A program made the position numbers and the translations under genes. From positions 74,147 through 138,146 of the forward strand of contig CAVUTB010000018.1 of the NCBI GenBank assembly GCA_963744315.1: DNA of 64,000 nucleotides, in the 5' to 3' direction. This document shows positions 1-9,533 of this stretch, piece by piece. The DNA comes from an uncultured Acidobacteriota bacterium (lineage in GTDB: Bacteria > Acidobacteriota > Vicinamibacteria > Fen-336). Within the stretch, counting starts at the first letter, position 1; the number at the start of each line of letters is the position of its first letter. Under the pieces are notes generated by a model, which saw only the letters and a program-made list of their open reading frames with translations, did not search any database and had not been told where the DNA came from.

Positions 1-1979
1 GTGGCGGCGCTCGCCGATCCCGACACGAACGTGCGCCACGCCGCGGCCACGAGCCTGGGCCAGATCGGCTCGCAGGCCGCCGTGCCGCGGCTCGTCGAGG
101 CGCTGCGGGGCGAGCCGTGGCTCCAGTACCCGGCGCTGCACGCGCTCGGCGAGATCGCCGATCCGCGCGCGGCCCCCGCGCTCGTCGCGCTGCTCGACGA
201 CGATCTCCTGCGCGGCCCCGCGCTCGACGCGCTCGCGCGGCTCGCCGGGCGCGACGCGCTGCCGCGGATCGTGCGCCACCTGCTCGACCCCGACCCGGGG
301 CTCCGCAACTCGGCGATCCGCGCCGTGGTCGAGATCGAGCAGCGCGCCACCGCCTCGGGCGAGAGCCTCGACCCCGCGGTGCAGGCCACGCTGAAGCGCG
401 AGGAGCTCGTCACCCACCTGGTGTCGATGCTGGCCGACGAGGACCCGCGCAACCGGCGCACCGCGGCGGTGACGCTCGGCTGGCTGCGCGAAGGCCGCGC
501 GACCGCGCCGCTCCTGGAGCTGCTCGCGGACGCTGCCGTGCGCGAGTTCGCGAGCCACGCGCTGGTGTCGATCGGCTTCCAGGACCGGGGGCTCTGGCAG
601 CGCGGCCTCGCGCACGCGGACGACGCCGTCCGGCTCGGGACGCTGCGCTGCCTGGCCTGGATAGCACCTGCCGAGGGCACGGCGCTCGCCGCGCCGCTCA
701 TCCACGACCCCTCGGCCGAGGTGCGCGCGGAAGCCGCGGCGGCGATCGGGCAGCTGGGCGACGAGGACGCGCCGATGCTGCTGTTCGAGCTGCTCGGCGA
801 CGAGAGCGAGCTGATCCAGGAGAGCGCGATGCAGGGCCTGGCGCGCATGAGCCCGGCGCGCGTGCTGCCGCTGCTGCTGCAGGCGCTCGCGAGCGGCGAC
901 GCCGACTGCGCGCGTCCGGGCCGCCCAGACGCTCGGGCTGCTGCAGGATCCGGCGGCCCAGCCCGCGCTGGTCAAGGCGAGCCGCGACGAGCGCGAGGCG
1001 GTGCGCGCGGCCGCGGTCCAGGCGCTCGGGGAGCTGGGCGGGCCCGAGACGCTCGAGGTGCTGCGCGGCTCGCTCGCGGACGCGAGCTCGCTGGTGCGGC
1101 AGCAGGCCGTGCTGGCGCTCGGGCGGCTGCGCGAGCCCGAGTCGGCGCCGCTGCTGCTGCCGCTCGTCCCGCCGAGGACCCGCGCCTGCGCTTCGCCGCC
1201 GTGCGCGCGCTCGGCCAGATCCGCAGCCCGATCGCGATCCCGCGGCTCCTGCCGCTGCTCGGCGAGGCGCGCAAGGAGCTGCGCTTCGCCGCGGTCGAGG
1301 CGCTCGGCCAGATCAGGGCGCCCGAGGCCGTGGCGCCGCTGGTGGCGGCGCTGCGCGAGCCGGACCGCAACCTGCGCCGCGCCGCCGCGGAGGGCCTCGG
1401 CGAGATCGCCGACCCGCGCTCGGCGCCGGACCTGCTGGTGGCGCTGGAAGACGAGCACTGGAGCGTGCGCTCGGCCGCGGCCACGGCGCTCGGGAAGGTG
1501 GCGAGCCCGAAAGCGACGCTCGCGCTGGTGGCGCTGCGCCGACGACTCCGACGATACCGTGCGCCGCGCCGCCGTGCTGGCGCTCGGCGAGCTGCGGGAC
1601 CCGCGCGCGGCGCCGCGGCTCGTCGAAGCACTCTCCGATCCTGCGCCTGCAGGCGGCCGCGCGCGAGTCGCTGCGCAAGCTCGGTCCGCAGGTGCTGGCG
1701 GAGATGGAGCAGGCGATGAGGCGCGGCGCCGTCTCCGCCGACGCCCGCAAGCTGCTGGTGGACCTGGCGGGCCGCTTCGAGGACCCGGCGGCGCGGCGGC
1801 TGCTGCTGCTCGGGCTCGAGGACGAGAGCCCCGCGGTGCGCGCCGAGGCGGCGGCGGCGCTCGGCGACGGCGGCTTCCGCGAGGCGCTGCGGCCGCTCGT
1901 GGACAGGAAGGCGAGCGACCCGTCGCCCGAGGTGCGCCAGGCCGCGGCGACCGCCCTGCGCAAGCTGCAACCGCGGTGA
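1..1979 (+). CDS. HEAT-repeat (PBS-lyase-type) protein, 5'-truncated by the window edge. The reading frame switches at least 4 times (1 to 2 to 1 to 2 to 3).
   Basis: Repeated ~30-aa units of the form RxAAxxLGxIGxxxAVPxLxxLLxD in ORFs 1..1719, 1001.. and 117..1979. Each fragment continues the repeat pattern where the previous one degenerates. Terminal TGA at 1977-1979. Confidence 0.7.
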   Translation, partial: GGARRSRHERAPRRGHEPGPDRLAGRRAAARRGAAGRAVAPVPGAARARRDRRSARGPRARRAARRRSPARPRARRARAARRARRAAADRAPPARPRPGAPQLGDPRRGRDRAARHRLGREPRPRGAGHAEARGARHPPGVDAGRRGPAQPAHRGGDARLAARRPRDRAAPGAARGRCRARVREPRAGVDRLPGPGALAARPRARGRRRPARDAALPGLDSTCRGHGARRAAHPRPLGRGARGSRGGDRAAGRRGRADAAVRAARRRERADPGERDAGPGAHEPGARAAAAAAGARERRRRLRASGPPRRSGCCRIRRPSPRWSRRAATSARRCARPRSRRSGSWAGPRRSRCCAARSRTRARWCGSRPCWRSGGCASPSRRRCCCRSSRRGPAPALRRRARARPDPQPDRDPAAPAAARRGAQGAALRRGRGARPDQGARGRGAAGGGAARAGPQPAPRRRGGPRRDRRPALGAGPAGGAGRRALERALGRGHGAREGGEPESDARAGGAAPTTPTIPCAAPPCWRSASCGTRARRRGSSKHSPILRLQAAARESLRKLGPQVLAEMEQAMRRGAVSADARKLLVDLAGRFEDPAARRLLLLGLEDESPAVRAEAAAALGDGGFREALRPLVDRKASDPSPEVRQAAATALRKLQPR

Positions 1980-2848
1980 AATACCGCCACAGCGACCACG
2001 ACACCGAGCTCAGCGAGGAGGAGTTCCGCCTGCTGCGCGACTTCGTGCACGAGCGCTTCGGCCTCTACTACGACGAGTCGCAGCGCGCGACGCTCCGCGC
2101 GCGGCTCGCGCCGCGCCTCGACCTGCTGGGGCTCGCGACCTACGAGGACTACCACCGCTACCTGCGCTTCGCGCCCGAGCGCGAGCAGGAGCAGCAGCGG
2201 ATGGTGAGCCACCTGACGAACAACGAGACCTACTTCTTCCGCGAGCAGCCGCAGCTCGACGTGTTCGCCGGCCACGTGCTGCGCGCGCTCAAGGATCGCA
2301 AGACCAAGCTGGGCGAGAAGCGGCTCTCCGTGATCAGCGCGGGCTGCTCCACCGGCGAGGAGCCGCTCACGCTCGCGATGATCCTGTTCGACAGCGGCCA
2401 GTTCTTCTGGGGCTGGGACCTCCGGGTGACCGGGCTCGACGTGGACGACGCCGCGCTCGAGAAGGCGCGCCGCGCCGTCTACCACCAGGGGTCGCTGCGC
2501 GCGGTCACGCCGACGCTGCTCGAACGGCACTTCACCAAGGACGGCACCGGCGTGCGCGTCAAGGAGTCGGCGCGCCGCAGCGTGAGCTTCAAGCGCGGCA
2601 ACCTTCTCGAGGCCGCGAGCTACGAGGAGCTGCGGCCGCTCGACGTCGTCTTCTGCCGCAACGTGCTCATCTACTTCTCGGACGGGGCGGTGCAACGCGC
2701 GGTGAGCCTGTTCCACCAGGTGCTGGCGCCCGGGGGCTACCTGTTCCTCGGCCACGCCGAGTCGCTCGCGCGCGTCTCGAGCGCCTTCGTCCCGATCCGT
2801 TTCCAGGGAGCGATCGTGTACCAGAAGCCCGAAGAGGCCGCGTCGTGA
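1976..2848 (+). CDS. cheR: Chemotaxis protein methyltransferase CheR
   Basis: GTG 1976 overlaps the upstream stop (GTGA). Motifs ETYFFREQPQLD, VISAGCSTGEEPLTLAMIL and VFCRNVLIYF are typical of CheR SAM-dependent methyltransferases. Confidence 0.85.
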   Translation: MKYRHSDHDTELSEEEFRLLRDFVHERFGLYYDESQRATLRARLAPRLDLLGLATYEDYHRYLRFAPEREQEQQRMVSHLTNNETYFFREQPQLDVFAGHVLRALKDRKTKLGEKRLSVISAGCSTGEEPLTLAMILFDSGQFFWGWDLRVTGLDVDDAALEKARRAVYHQGSLRAVTPTLLERHFTKDGTGVRVKESARRSVSFKRGNLLEAASYEELRPLDVVFCRNVLIYFSDGAVQRAVSLFHQVLAPGGYLFLGHAESLARVSSAFVPIRFQGAIVYQKPEEAAS

Positions 2849-3867
2849 GCGACAGGATCCGCGTGCTGGTGGTCGACGACTCGGCGTTCGTGCGCAAGGC
2901 CGTCGGGCGCATGCTCGCCACGGCCGACGACATCGAGGTGGTGGGCTTCGCGCGCGACGGCGAGGAGGGCCTGGCGCTCGCGCGCGAGCTGCGGCCGGAC
3001 GTGGTGACGCTCGACGTCCGCATGCCGAAGCTCGGCGGGCTCGAGACGCTCGAGCGGCTGATGGCCGAGCAGCCGGTTCCGGTGCTGCTGATGTCGACGC
3101 TCACGCAGGAGGGCGCCGAGACGACGCTGCGCGGGCTCGAGCTCGGCGCGATGGAGTTCGTCGACAAGTCCTCGGTCGAGCCGATGAGCATGCTGAGCCT
3201 GGCGGAGGAGCTGATCTCGAAGATCCGCGCGCTCGGCGGGGCGCGCGTGCGCTCGCGCCCGCGGACGCAGCCCAAGGGCGAGGCGGCGGCCGGCCGCGCC
3301 GCGGCGCAGTGCGTGACGATCGCGGCCTCGACCGGCGGGCCCTCGGCGCTGCAGGCGGTCGTCTCCGCGCTGCCCGCGGCCTTCCCCGCGGCGGTCGTGA
3401 TCGTGCAGCACATCCCGCGCGGCTTCACGCGCTCGCTCGCGGAGCGACTCGACGCCCGCAGCGCCATCCCCGTGCGCGAGGCGCGCCACGGCGACGCCGT
3501 CGAGCAGGGCCGGGTGCTGCTGGCTCCCGCGGGCATCCACACGCGCCTGGTGCGCTCACGCGCGGGAGTCGAGGTCTCGCTCGAGGAGGAGCCGAGCGAG
3601 GCGCTGCACCGGCCGTCGGCGGACGTGCTGATGTCCTCGGCTGCCGAGGTCTACGGCGCGCTCGCGGTGGGCGTGGTGCTCACCGGGATGGGCTCGGACG
3701 GCACGGAAGGCCTGCGCGCGATCAGGCAACGGGGCGGCCTCACGCTCGCCGAAGCCGAGGAGACCTGCGTCATCTTCGGGATGCCCAAGGCGGCGATCGA
3801 GGCGGGCGTGATCGAGCGCACCCTGCCGCTCGACCGCATCGCCGCCGAGATCCTGGGCGCGGTATAG
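2845..3867 (+). CDS. cheB: Protein-glutamate methylesterase CheB (REC + methylesterase)
   Basis: N-terminal receiver domain (VLVVDDSAFVRK ... DVRMPKLGG). C-terminal CheB catalytic domain (IAASTGGPSAL, VQHIP, GMGSDG). GTG start overlaps the cheR stop (GTGA). Confidence 0.9.
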   Translation: MSDRIRVLVVDDSAFVRKAVGRMLATADDIEVVGFARDGEEGLALARELRPDVVTLDVRMPKLGGLETLERLMAEQPVPVLLMSTLTQEGAETTLRGLELGAMEFVDKSSVEPMSMLSLAEELISKIRALGGARVRSRPRTQPKGEAAAGRAAAQCVTIAASTGGPSALQAVVSALPAAFPAAVVIVQHIPRGFTRSLAERLDARSAIPVREARHGDAVEQGRVLLAPAGIHTRLVRSRAGVEVSLEEEPSEALHRPSADVLMSSAAEVYGALAVGVVLTGMGSDGTEGLRAIRQRGGLTLAEAEETCVIFGMPKAAIEAGVIERTLPLDRIAAEILGAV

Positions 3868-3892
3868 TCCTCCCCGGAGACTGGAAGACCCT

Positions 3893-5726
3893 TTGGCTCT
3901 GCAAGGCAACCTGGAGGATCTGCCGCTCCTCGACATCATCCAGATCGTCTCCTTCAGCAAGAAGACCGGCTACCTCCACGTGCGGATGGAGGGCGGCGAC
4001 GGAGCGATCGTGTTCCGCGAGGGGCTCGTGGTTTCCGCGTTCACGGCGAACTCGCCGGCAGCCGACCCGCGCCTGGCGACGCTCGCGCCCGGGGCCAGGG
4101 ACACGGCCGTCAGGCGCAGGCTCGGCTTCGCGCTGGACGAGCTCGCGCGCCTGCGCGAGGGTGCCTTCGGATTCGAGCTGACCGACGCGGTTCCCGATAC
4201 CGTCGGCAAGCGCGACATCCGCCTGGAGACGCTCGTCGGCGGCATCAACCCGCAGGAGATGCTGCTCGCGCTGGCGCAGGGGATGGACGACGACCGCGCC
4301 CAGTCGGCGGCGGCCGTGGAGGCCTCGTTCGCGACGCCTGCCGAGGGCATGGTCGCCGCGGAGCTCGCCGCGCTCGTGCCGCCCGTGGTGCCGTCCGAAG
4401 CCGTGCGCACGGCGCTCGCCGCGCCGCCTTCGGCTCCCGCCGAACCTCCCGCGCCGCCGGCGCCAGCGCCCGAGGAGTTCGACGCGGCGCCGGCGCCTCG
4501 CTACGCGTCGGACACGCGTCCGCTTCCGAAGCTGCCGCGCCCGGAGCCGCCCGAGAAGGCGCCCGAAGAGGCGCCGCCGCCAGCCGCGCCTCCGCCGACG
4601 CGGCGCGAAGCCTCAGGCCGCCGAGCCTCCCGTCGCGGAAGCGCCCGCCGCGGAGCTGCCGCGCGCGGCGCGCACCATCCTGCTGGTCGACGACGAGCAG
4701 GACGTGCGCGAGGTGCTGGCCCGCCACTTCGGCGCGGCCGGCTTCGAGATCGTCGAGGGCGGGGATCCCGAGGAGGCCGCCAAGCTCGCGGCGCGCCTGC
4801 GCACCGAGGACAAGCTCTTCGTGCTGGTGACCGACCTCGGCATGCCGGCCTCGGGCGGGGCGTCGTTCCAGGGCGGCTTCGAGGTGGTGAAGCGGCTCTG
4901 GAAGATGAACCTGCGCCCGCCCGTGCTGATGATGACGGAGAGCCTCAACCAGTCGCTGCGGCTGCGCGCGCGCCAGATGGGGGTCCAGTCCTTCGTCTTC
5001 AAGCCGACGCTCAGCAAGCTCAACGCGCGCCAGTTCGAGGCCGACCTGCAGGCCTTCGCGGGCAAGCTGGTGCGCGACCTGCTGCCGCAGCTCGCCGAGA
5101 TCGCCGTGCTCAAGCAGCCGCAGGCCCGGCCGGCGCGCAAGCCGGAAGCGCGCGCCGCCGAGGCCGCACCCGTGGCGGAAGGCGCCGCCCGGCCCTTCGA
5201 GTTCCTCAAGCGCAGGCTCGTCGAGCTGCGCGAGGGCGGCGACGCCAACGAGATCGCGACGCTGGTGATGAAGGTGGCGCGCGAGTTCTTCGAGCGCGCG
5301 CTCCTGTTCCTGGTCAAGAACGAGGAGGCGCGCGGCCTCGGCGGCTTCGGGCTGGCGCCGCGCGAGGAAACCCTCAACCTGCTGGCGCGCCAGCTCACGA
5401 TCCCGCTCGGCGAGCCGTCGCTCTTCCGCCAGGTGGCGCACGAGCGCAGGGCGTTCAACGGGCCGCCACCCGCCGACCGCTGGCTCGGCCACGTGCTCGG
5501 CCGCATCGGCCGCTTCCAGTCGCACGGGATCGCGCTCTTGCCGCTGGTGGCGCACCGCGAGACGATCGCGATCGTGTTCGGCGACAATCCCGAGAGCGGC
5601 CGCGAGCCGGGGAACCTGGAGCCGCTCGAGGTGTTCGTGCAGCAGGCCGGGATCGCGCTCGAGAACGTGTTCCTGCAGAAGAAGCTGCAGGCGGCCGAAG
5701 ACAAGGACAGGGCGTCTCTGAGATAG
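3893..5726 (+). CDS. DUF4388-domain / Pro-Ala-rich linker / receiver (REC) / GAF-like C-terminal protein, with one +1 frame change near 4595-4605
   Basis: N-terminus LQGNLEDLPLLDIIQIVSFSKKTGYLHV matches the DUF4388 pattern. A Pro/Ala-rich linker continues in frame 3 (PQAAEPPVAEAPAAELPRAARTILLVDDEQDVREVL) into a receiver domain (ORF 4704..5726). The single 888-aa frame-2 ORF is an artefact. Confidence 0.65.
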
Positions 5727-5745
5727 AATCCCCGGGCGAGGTCCA

Positions 5746-6559
5746 GATGTCGCAAGACGAGCTGTCCCGCAAGGGCCAGGACATCCTGCAGATCGTCGGC
5801 AAGGCCAAGGAGTTCACCGAGGAGCTGCTCAAGGAGAACGAGCGGCTGCGCTTCAAGATCGCCTCGCTCGAGGCCTCGGGCGGGGCGCAGAAGGCCGACG
5901 AGCGCGTGAAGTCGCTCGACAGCCGCGTGCGCGAGCTCGAGAACAAGCTGGCCGAGCTCGACGCGCGCTACCGCAAGGTCGAGGAGGAGAACAAGGAGTT
6001 CGCCGACCGCTACATCGAGATCGAGGAGCAGAACAACAACCTGGCCAACCTGTACGTGGCCTCGTACCAGCTCCACTCGACGCTCGACTTCCGCGAGGTG
6101 GTGCGCATCGTCCAGGAGATCGTGATCAACCTGATCGGCGCCGAGGTCTTCCACGTCCTGATGGTGAGCGAGAAGACCGGCCAGCTCGAGATCGAGGCCT
6201 CCGAGGGCCAGACCCCCGGCCGCACGACGATCCCGGTGGGCGACGGCATCATCGGCAAGGCCGCGCAGTCCGGCGAGAACTTCTTCGCGGAGTCCGTGGC
6301 GCGGCGCGATCCGTCTCCGTTCGAGGAGCCGCTCGCGGTGATCCCGCTCAAGATCAAGGACTCGACGATCGGGCTCATCTCGATCAACAAGCTGCTGGTC
6401 CAGAAGACGCAGTTCACCTCGATGGACTACGAGCTGTTCACGCTGCTCGCCGGCCACGCCGCGACCGCCATCTTCTCCGCCAAGCTCTACTCGACCTCGG
6501 CCCGCAAGCTCACGACGCTCCAGGGCTTCCTGGACATGCTCAAGCAGAAGCAGAGCTGA
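5746..6559 (+). CDS. Coiled-coil + GAF-domain protein
   Basis: ATG 5746 after a GGGCGAGG ribosome-binding site. N-terminal heptad-rich region (LKENERLRFKIASLEA...RVRELENKLAELDARYRKVEEENKE) followed by a GAF-like fold (IIGKAAQSGENFF...IGLISINKL). Confidence 0.7.
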
Positions 6560-6643
6560 AGCCGTCCCGGGCGCCCCGCCGCGCCGCAGTGCAAAAGCCT
6601 GTAACCGCGCCCCGCGATTCCAAAGGCGCCGCGCGAGGCTTCT

Positions 6644-6649
6644 GCCTAT
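6644..6649 (+). promoter_or_regulatory. Possible sigma70-type -10 box (TATAAT) followed by a GGAGG ribosome-binding site for the ATPase gene
   Basis: ctgccTATAATctcagtcGGAGGtcccccccgtATG in the 115-bp gap after the GAF gene. No convincing -35. Confidence 0.3.
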
Positions 6650-6674
6650 AATCTCAGTCGGAGGTCCCCCCCGT

Positions 6675-8147
6675 ATGTCCCAACCGCGAACCCTCGGCGA
6701 GCTGAGGGTGTCGAAGGACCGGAGCGAGCGCGTTTCCGTCAGGGAGGAGATGCGCCGCAACCTGCTCCGCAAGCTGCAGACGAAGGGGCCGGTGTTCCCC
6801 GGGATCGTCGGCTACGACGACTCGGTGATCCCGCAGATCACGAACGCCGTGCTCTCGAAGCACAACATGATCCTGCTCGGCCTGCGCGGCCAGGCCAAGA
6901 GCCGCATCCTGCGCAGCCTCACCGGCCTGCTCGACCCGCTCGTCCCGGTGGTCGCGGGCTGCGAGATCAACGACCATCCCGAGGCGCCTCTGTGTCGGCG
7001 CTGCCGCGACCTGATCGCCGCGCATGGAGACGAGGCGCCCGTCGGCTGGCTGCGCCCGGAGCAGCGCTACGTGGAGAAGCTCGCCACGCCGGACGTGACG
7101 ATCGCGGACATCATCGGCGACGTCGACCCGATCCGCGCGGCGCGCGGCGGCTTCGATCTCGCGAGCGAGCTGACGATGCACTACGGGCTCTTGCCCCGCG
7201 CGCACCGCGGCATCTTCGCGCTCAACGAGCTGCCCGACCTCGCGGCACGCATCCAGGTGGGCTTGTTCAACATCCTCCAGGAGGGCGACGTCCAGATCAA
7301 GGGCTACCCGGTGCGGCTGCCGATCGACGTCTCGATGGTGTTCACCGCGAACCCCGAGGACTACACGGCGCGCGGCAAGATCATCACGCCGCTCAAGGAC
7401 CGCATCGGCAGCGAGGTGCGCACGCACTACCCGACGACGCTCGAGCACGGCGTCGCGATCACCTCGCAGGAGGCGTGGACCAGCCGCGGCACGGGCCTGC
7501 TGATCCCGCGCTGGGTGCGCGAGGTGGTGGAGGCGGTGGCCTTCGCGGCGCGCCGCGAGAAGAAGATCGATCGCAGGAGCGGCGTCTCGCAGCGGCTGCC
7601 GATCAGCGCGCTCGAGAACGCGGTGAGCAACGCCGAGCGCCGCGCGCTCGTCTCGGGCGAGGACCAGGTGGTGCCGCGGGTATCCGACATCTACGCGTCG
7701 CTGCCGTCGCTCACCGGCAAGTTCGAGCTCGAGTACGAGGGCGAGCTGGTGGGCGCCGAGAACGTGGCGCGCGAGCTGATCCGCGAGGCGGTCGGCGAGG
7801 TGTTCTCGACCTACCTGGGCGCCGCCGACCTGAAGCAGGTGGTGCGCTTCTTCGAGGAGGGCGGGACGCTCAGGATCCGCGAGGGCTCGCCGTCGGCCGA
7901 CGTGCTGGCGCAGCTGCGTCGGGTGCCGGACGTGCTCGAGAACCTGGGCCCGCTCGGGGTCGAGCCCGGCGCCACGCTCTCGCTGCAGGCGGCGGCGGGC
8001 GAGTTCGTGCTGGAAGGGCTCTGGGCCCAGAAGAAGATCGGCCGCAGCGACGACCGCGGCTTCGTGGCGCCCGAGCGGCGCCCCGAGCTCGAGGTCGACA
8101 TGGAGCGGCTCGAGCGCCTGCGCCGGCTCAAGAAGCAGGTGAACTGA
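6675..8147 (+). CDS. BchI/ChlI (Mg-chelatase)-like AAA+ ATPase
   Basis: Walker A-like segment LLGLRGQAKSRILRSL resembles ChlI GDRGTGKS. Walker B / sensor segments are IFALNELPDL and FNILQEGDVQIKGYPVRLPIDVSMVFTANPED. Confidence 0.8.
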   Translation: MSQPRTLGELRVSKDRSERVSVREEMRRNLLRKLQTKGPVFPGIVGYDDSVIPQITNAVLSKHNMILLGLRGQAKSRILRSLTGLLDPLVPVVAGCEINDHPEAPLCRRCRDLIAAHGDEAPVGWLRPEQRYVEKLATPDVTIADIIGDVDPIRAARGGFDLASELTMHYGLLPRAHRGIFALNELPDLAARIQVGLFNILQEGDVQIKGYPVRLPIDVSMVFTANPEDYTARGKIITPLKDRIGSEVRTHYPTTLEHGVAITSQEAWTSRGTGLLIPRWVREVVEAVAFAARREKKIDRRSGVSQRLPISALENAVSNAERRALVSGEDQVVPRVSDIYASLPSLTGKFELEYEGELVGAENVARELIREAVGEVFSTYLGAADLKQVVRFFEEGGTLRIREGSPSADVLAQLRRVPDVLENLGPLGVEPGATLSLQAAAGEFVLEGLWAQKKIGRSDDRGFVAPERRPELEVDMERLERLRRLKKQVN

Positions 8148-8154
8148 GGCCGCG

Positions 8155-9372
8155 ATGGCCGTCGTCCGCTACCACCGCTACACCGGCGAGCTGTGGGACG
8201 AGCTCGACCTGGACGCGCTCGTCGACGAGCTCTCCGACTTCTTCCTGCAGAGCGGCTTCGGCGAGGAGGCGACGGAGTTCGACGAGGACGCGCTGCAGGC
8301 GCTCCACGACGCGATCCTCGACGCGATGCTGAAGCGCGGGCTGCTCTCGCCCGAGGACCTCGAGAAGGTGATGGCGGACCAGGACGCGCTCGACGAGCTG
8401 CTGCAGAAGACGGTCGAGCGGCTGATGCGCGAAGGCTACCTGCGCGCGAGCGAGGCGCAGCCGTTCCACGACCCGACCGGCGGCGGCGACGGCCGGCCGG
8501 GGCCGCCGGTGCGCTTCGAGCTGACCGAGAAGACGGTCGACTTCCTCGGCTATCGCGCGCTGCGCGACCTGCTCGGCTCGATCGGCAAGTCCTCGTTCGG
8601 GCGCCACGACACGCGCGACCTCGCGACGGGCGTCGAGGCCTCCGGCCCCTCGAAGGGCTGGGAGTTCGGGGACACCATGAACCTCGACGTCTCGGCGACG
8701 CTGCTCTCGGCCGTCGCGCGCGAGGGCCTGAAGCTGCCGCTCGCGGTCGACTACCAGGACCTGCACGTGCGGCAGTCCGAGTACCAGTCCTCCTGCGCGA
8801 CGGTGGTGATGCTCGACTGCTCGCACAGCATGATCCTGTACGGCGAGGACCGCTTCACGCCGGCGAAGAAGGTCGCGCTCGCGCTCTCGCACCTGCTGCG
8901 CACGCAGTACCCGGGCGACAGCCTGCACCTGGTGCTGTTCCACGACTCGGCCGAGGAGATCCCGCTCTCGCGGCTGGCCCAGGTGCGCGTCGGGCCGCAC
9001 TACACGAACACGCGCGAGGGCCTGCGGCTCGCGCAGCGGATCCTGGCGCGCGAGCGCAAGGACATGAAGCAGATCGTGATGATCACCGACGGCAAGCCCT
9101 CCGCGCTCAGCGAAGCCGACGGGCGCATCTACCGCAACCCCTTCGGCCTCGACCCGCGCGTGGTGGCGCTCACGCTCAAGGAAGTCGCGAGCTGCCGCCG
9201 CCAGGGCATCCTGGTCAACACCTTCATGCTGGCGCGCGACCACGAGCTCGTCGCGTTCGTGAAGAAGGTGACGGAGATGTGCCGCGGCAAGGCCTACTTC
9301 ACGACACCGTGGAGCCTGGGCCAGTACGTCCTGATGGACTACCTGAACAAGAAGGTGCGGAAGCTCCACTAG
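8155..9372 (+). CDS. von Willebrand factor A (VWA) domain protein, partner of the preceding ATPase
   Basis: Starts 8 bp after the ATPase stop. VWA/MIDAS-like region [10 protein letters not shown]...[12 protein letters not shown]. An acidic N-terminal region resembles ChlD / CoxE-type partners. Confidence 0.8.
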   Translation: MAVVRYHRYTGELWDELDLDALVDELSDFFLQSGFGEEATEFDEDALQALHDAILDAMLKRGLLSPEDLEKVMADQDALDELLQKTVERLMREGYLRASEAQPFHDPTGGGDGRPGPPVRFELTEKTVDFLGYRALRDLLGSIGKSSFGRHDTRDLATGVEASGPSKGWEFGDTMNLDVSATLLSAVAREGLKLPLAVDYQDLHVRQSEYQSSCATVVMLDCSHSMILYGEDRFTPAKKVALALSHLLRTQYPGDSLHLVLFHDSAEEIPLSRLAQVRVGPHYTNTREGLRLAQRILARERKDMKQIVMITDGKPSALSEADGRIYRNPFGLDPRVVALTLKEVASCRRQGILVNTFMLARDHELVAFVKKVTEMCRGKAYFTTPWSLGQYVLMDYLNKKVRKLH

Positions 9373-9395
9373 CGGGGGCCGCTAGCGGGGGGCTC

Positions 9396-9415
9396 GGGGG
9401 GCGCTCAGCGCCCCC
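9396..9415 (+). terminator. GC hairpin after the VWA gene (GGGGGCGC-tca-GCGCCCCC), with no U-tract
   Basis: Perfect 8-bp inverted repeat 24 nt after the stop codon. Confidence 0.35.
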
Positions 9416-9533
9416 GAATACCAGTCCAGAACGTCCGTTGGCCTCTTAGTTCGTCGTTGCTTTCCTTGTTTGTTTCGCCGTGTCCTTGCCGTTGGATCCC
9501 TTGTTTGTCCCGGTCCGGCGAAGGTGCTACAAG

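Noticed and set aside
3893-6559. A single 888-aa ORF spanning the DUF4388, receiver and GAF regions
   Set aside because: Only the first ~235 and last ~270 codons encode sensible protein. The middle is out-of-frame junk, and the receiver domain is in frame 3. A separate ATG with its own ribosome-binding site starts the GAF gene at 5746. I split it into two genes plus one frame change.
4613-6772. 719-aa minus-strand ORF antisense to the DUF4388-REC and GAF genes. The same class of long antisense ORFs includes 972..1970(-), 1313..2755(-), 27594..30221(+), 33631..35460(-), 55919..57100(-), 10130..12631(+) and 13723..15246(-).
   Set aside because: The translations are low-complexity Ala/Arg/Pro/Gly-rich. 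They have no recognisable domains and fully overlap strongly supported genes on the other strand. These are the open-frame artefacts expected in ~70% GC DNA.
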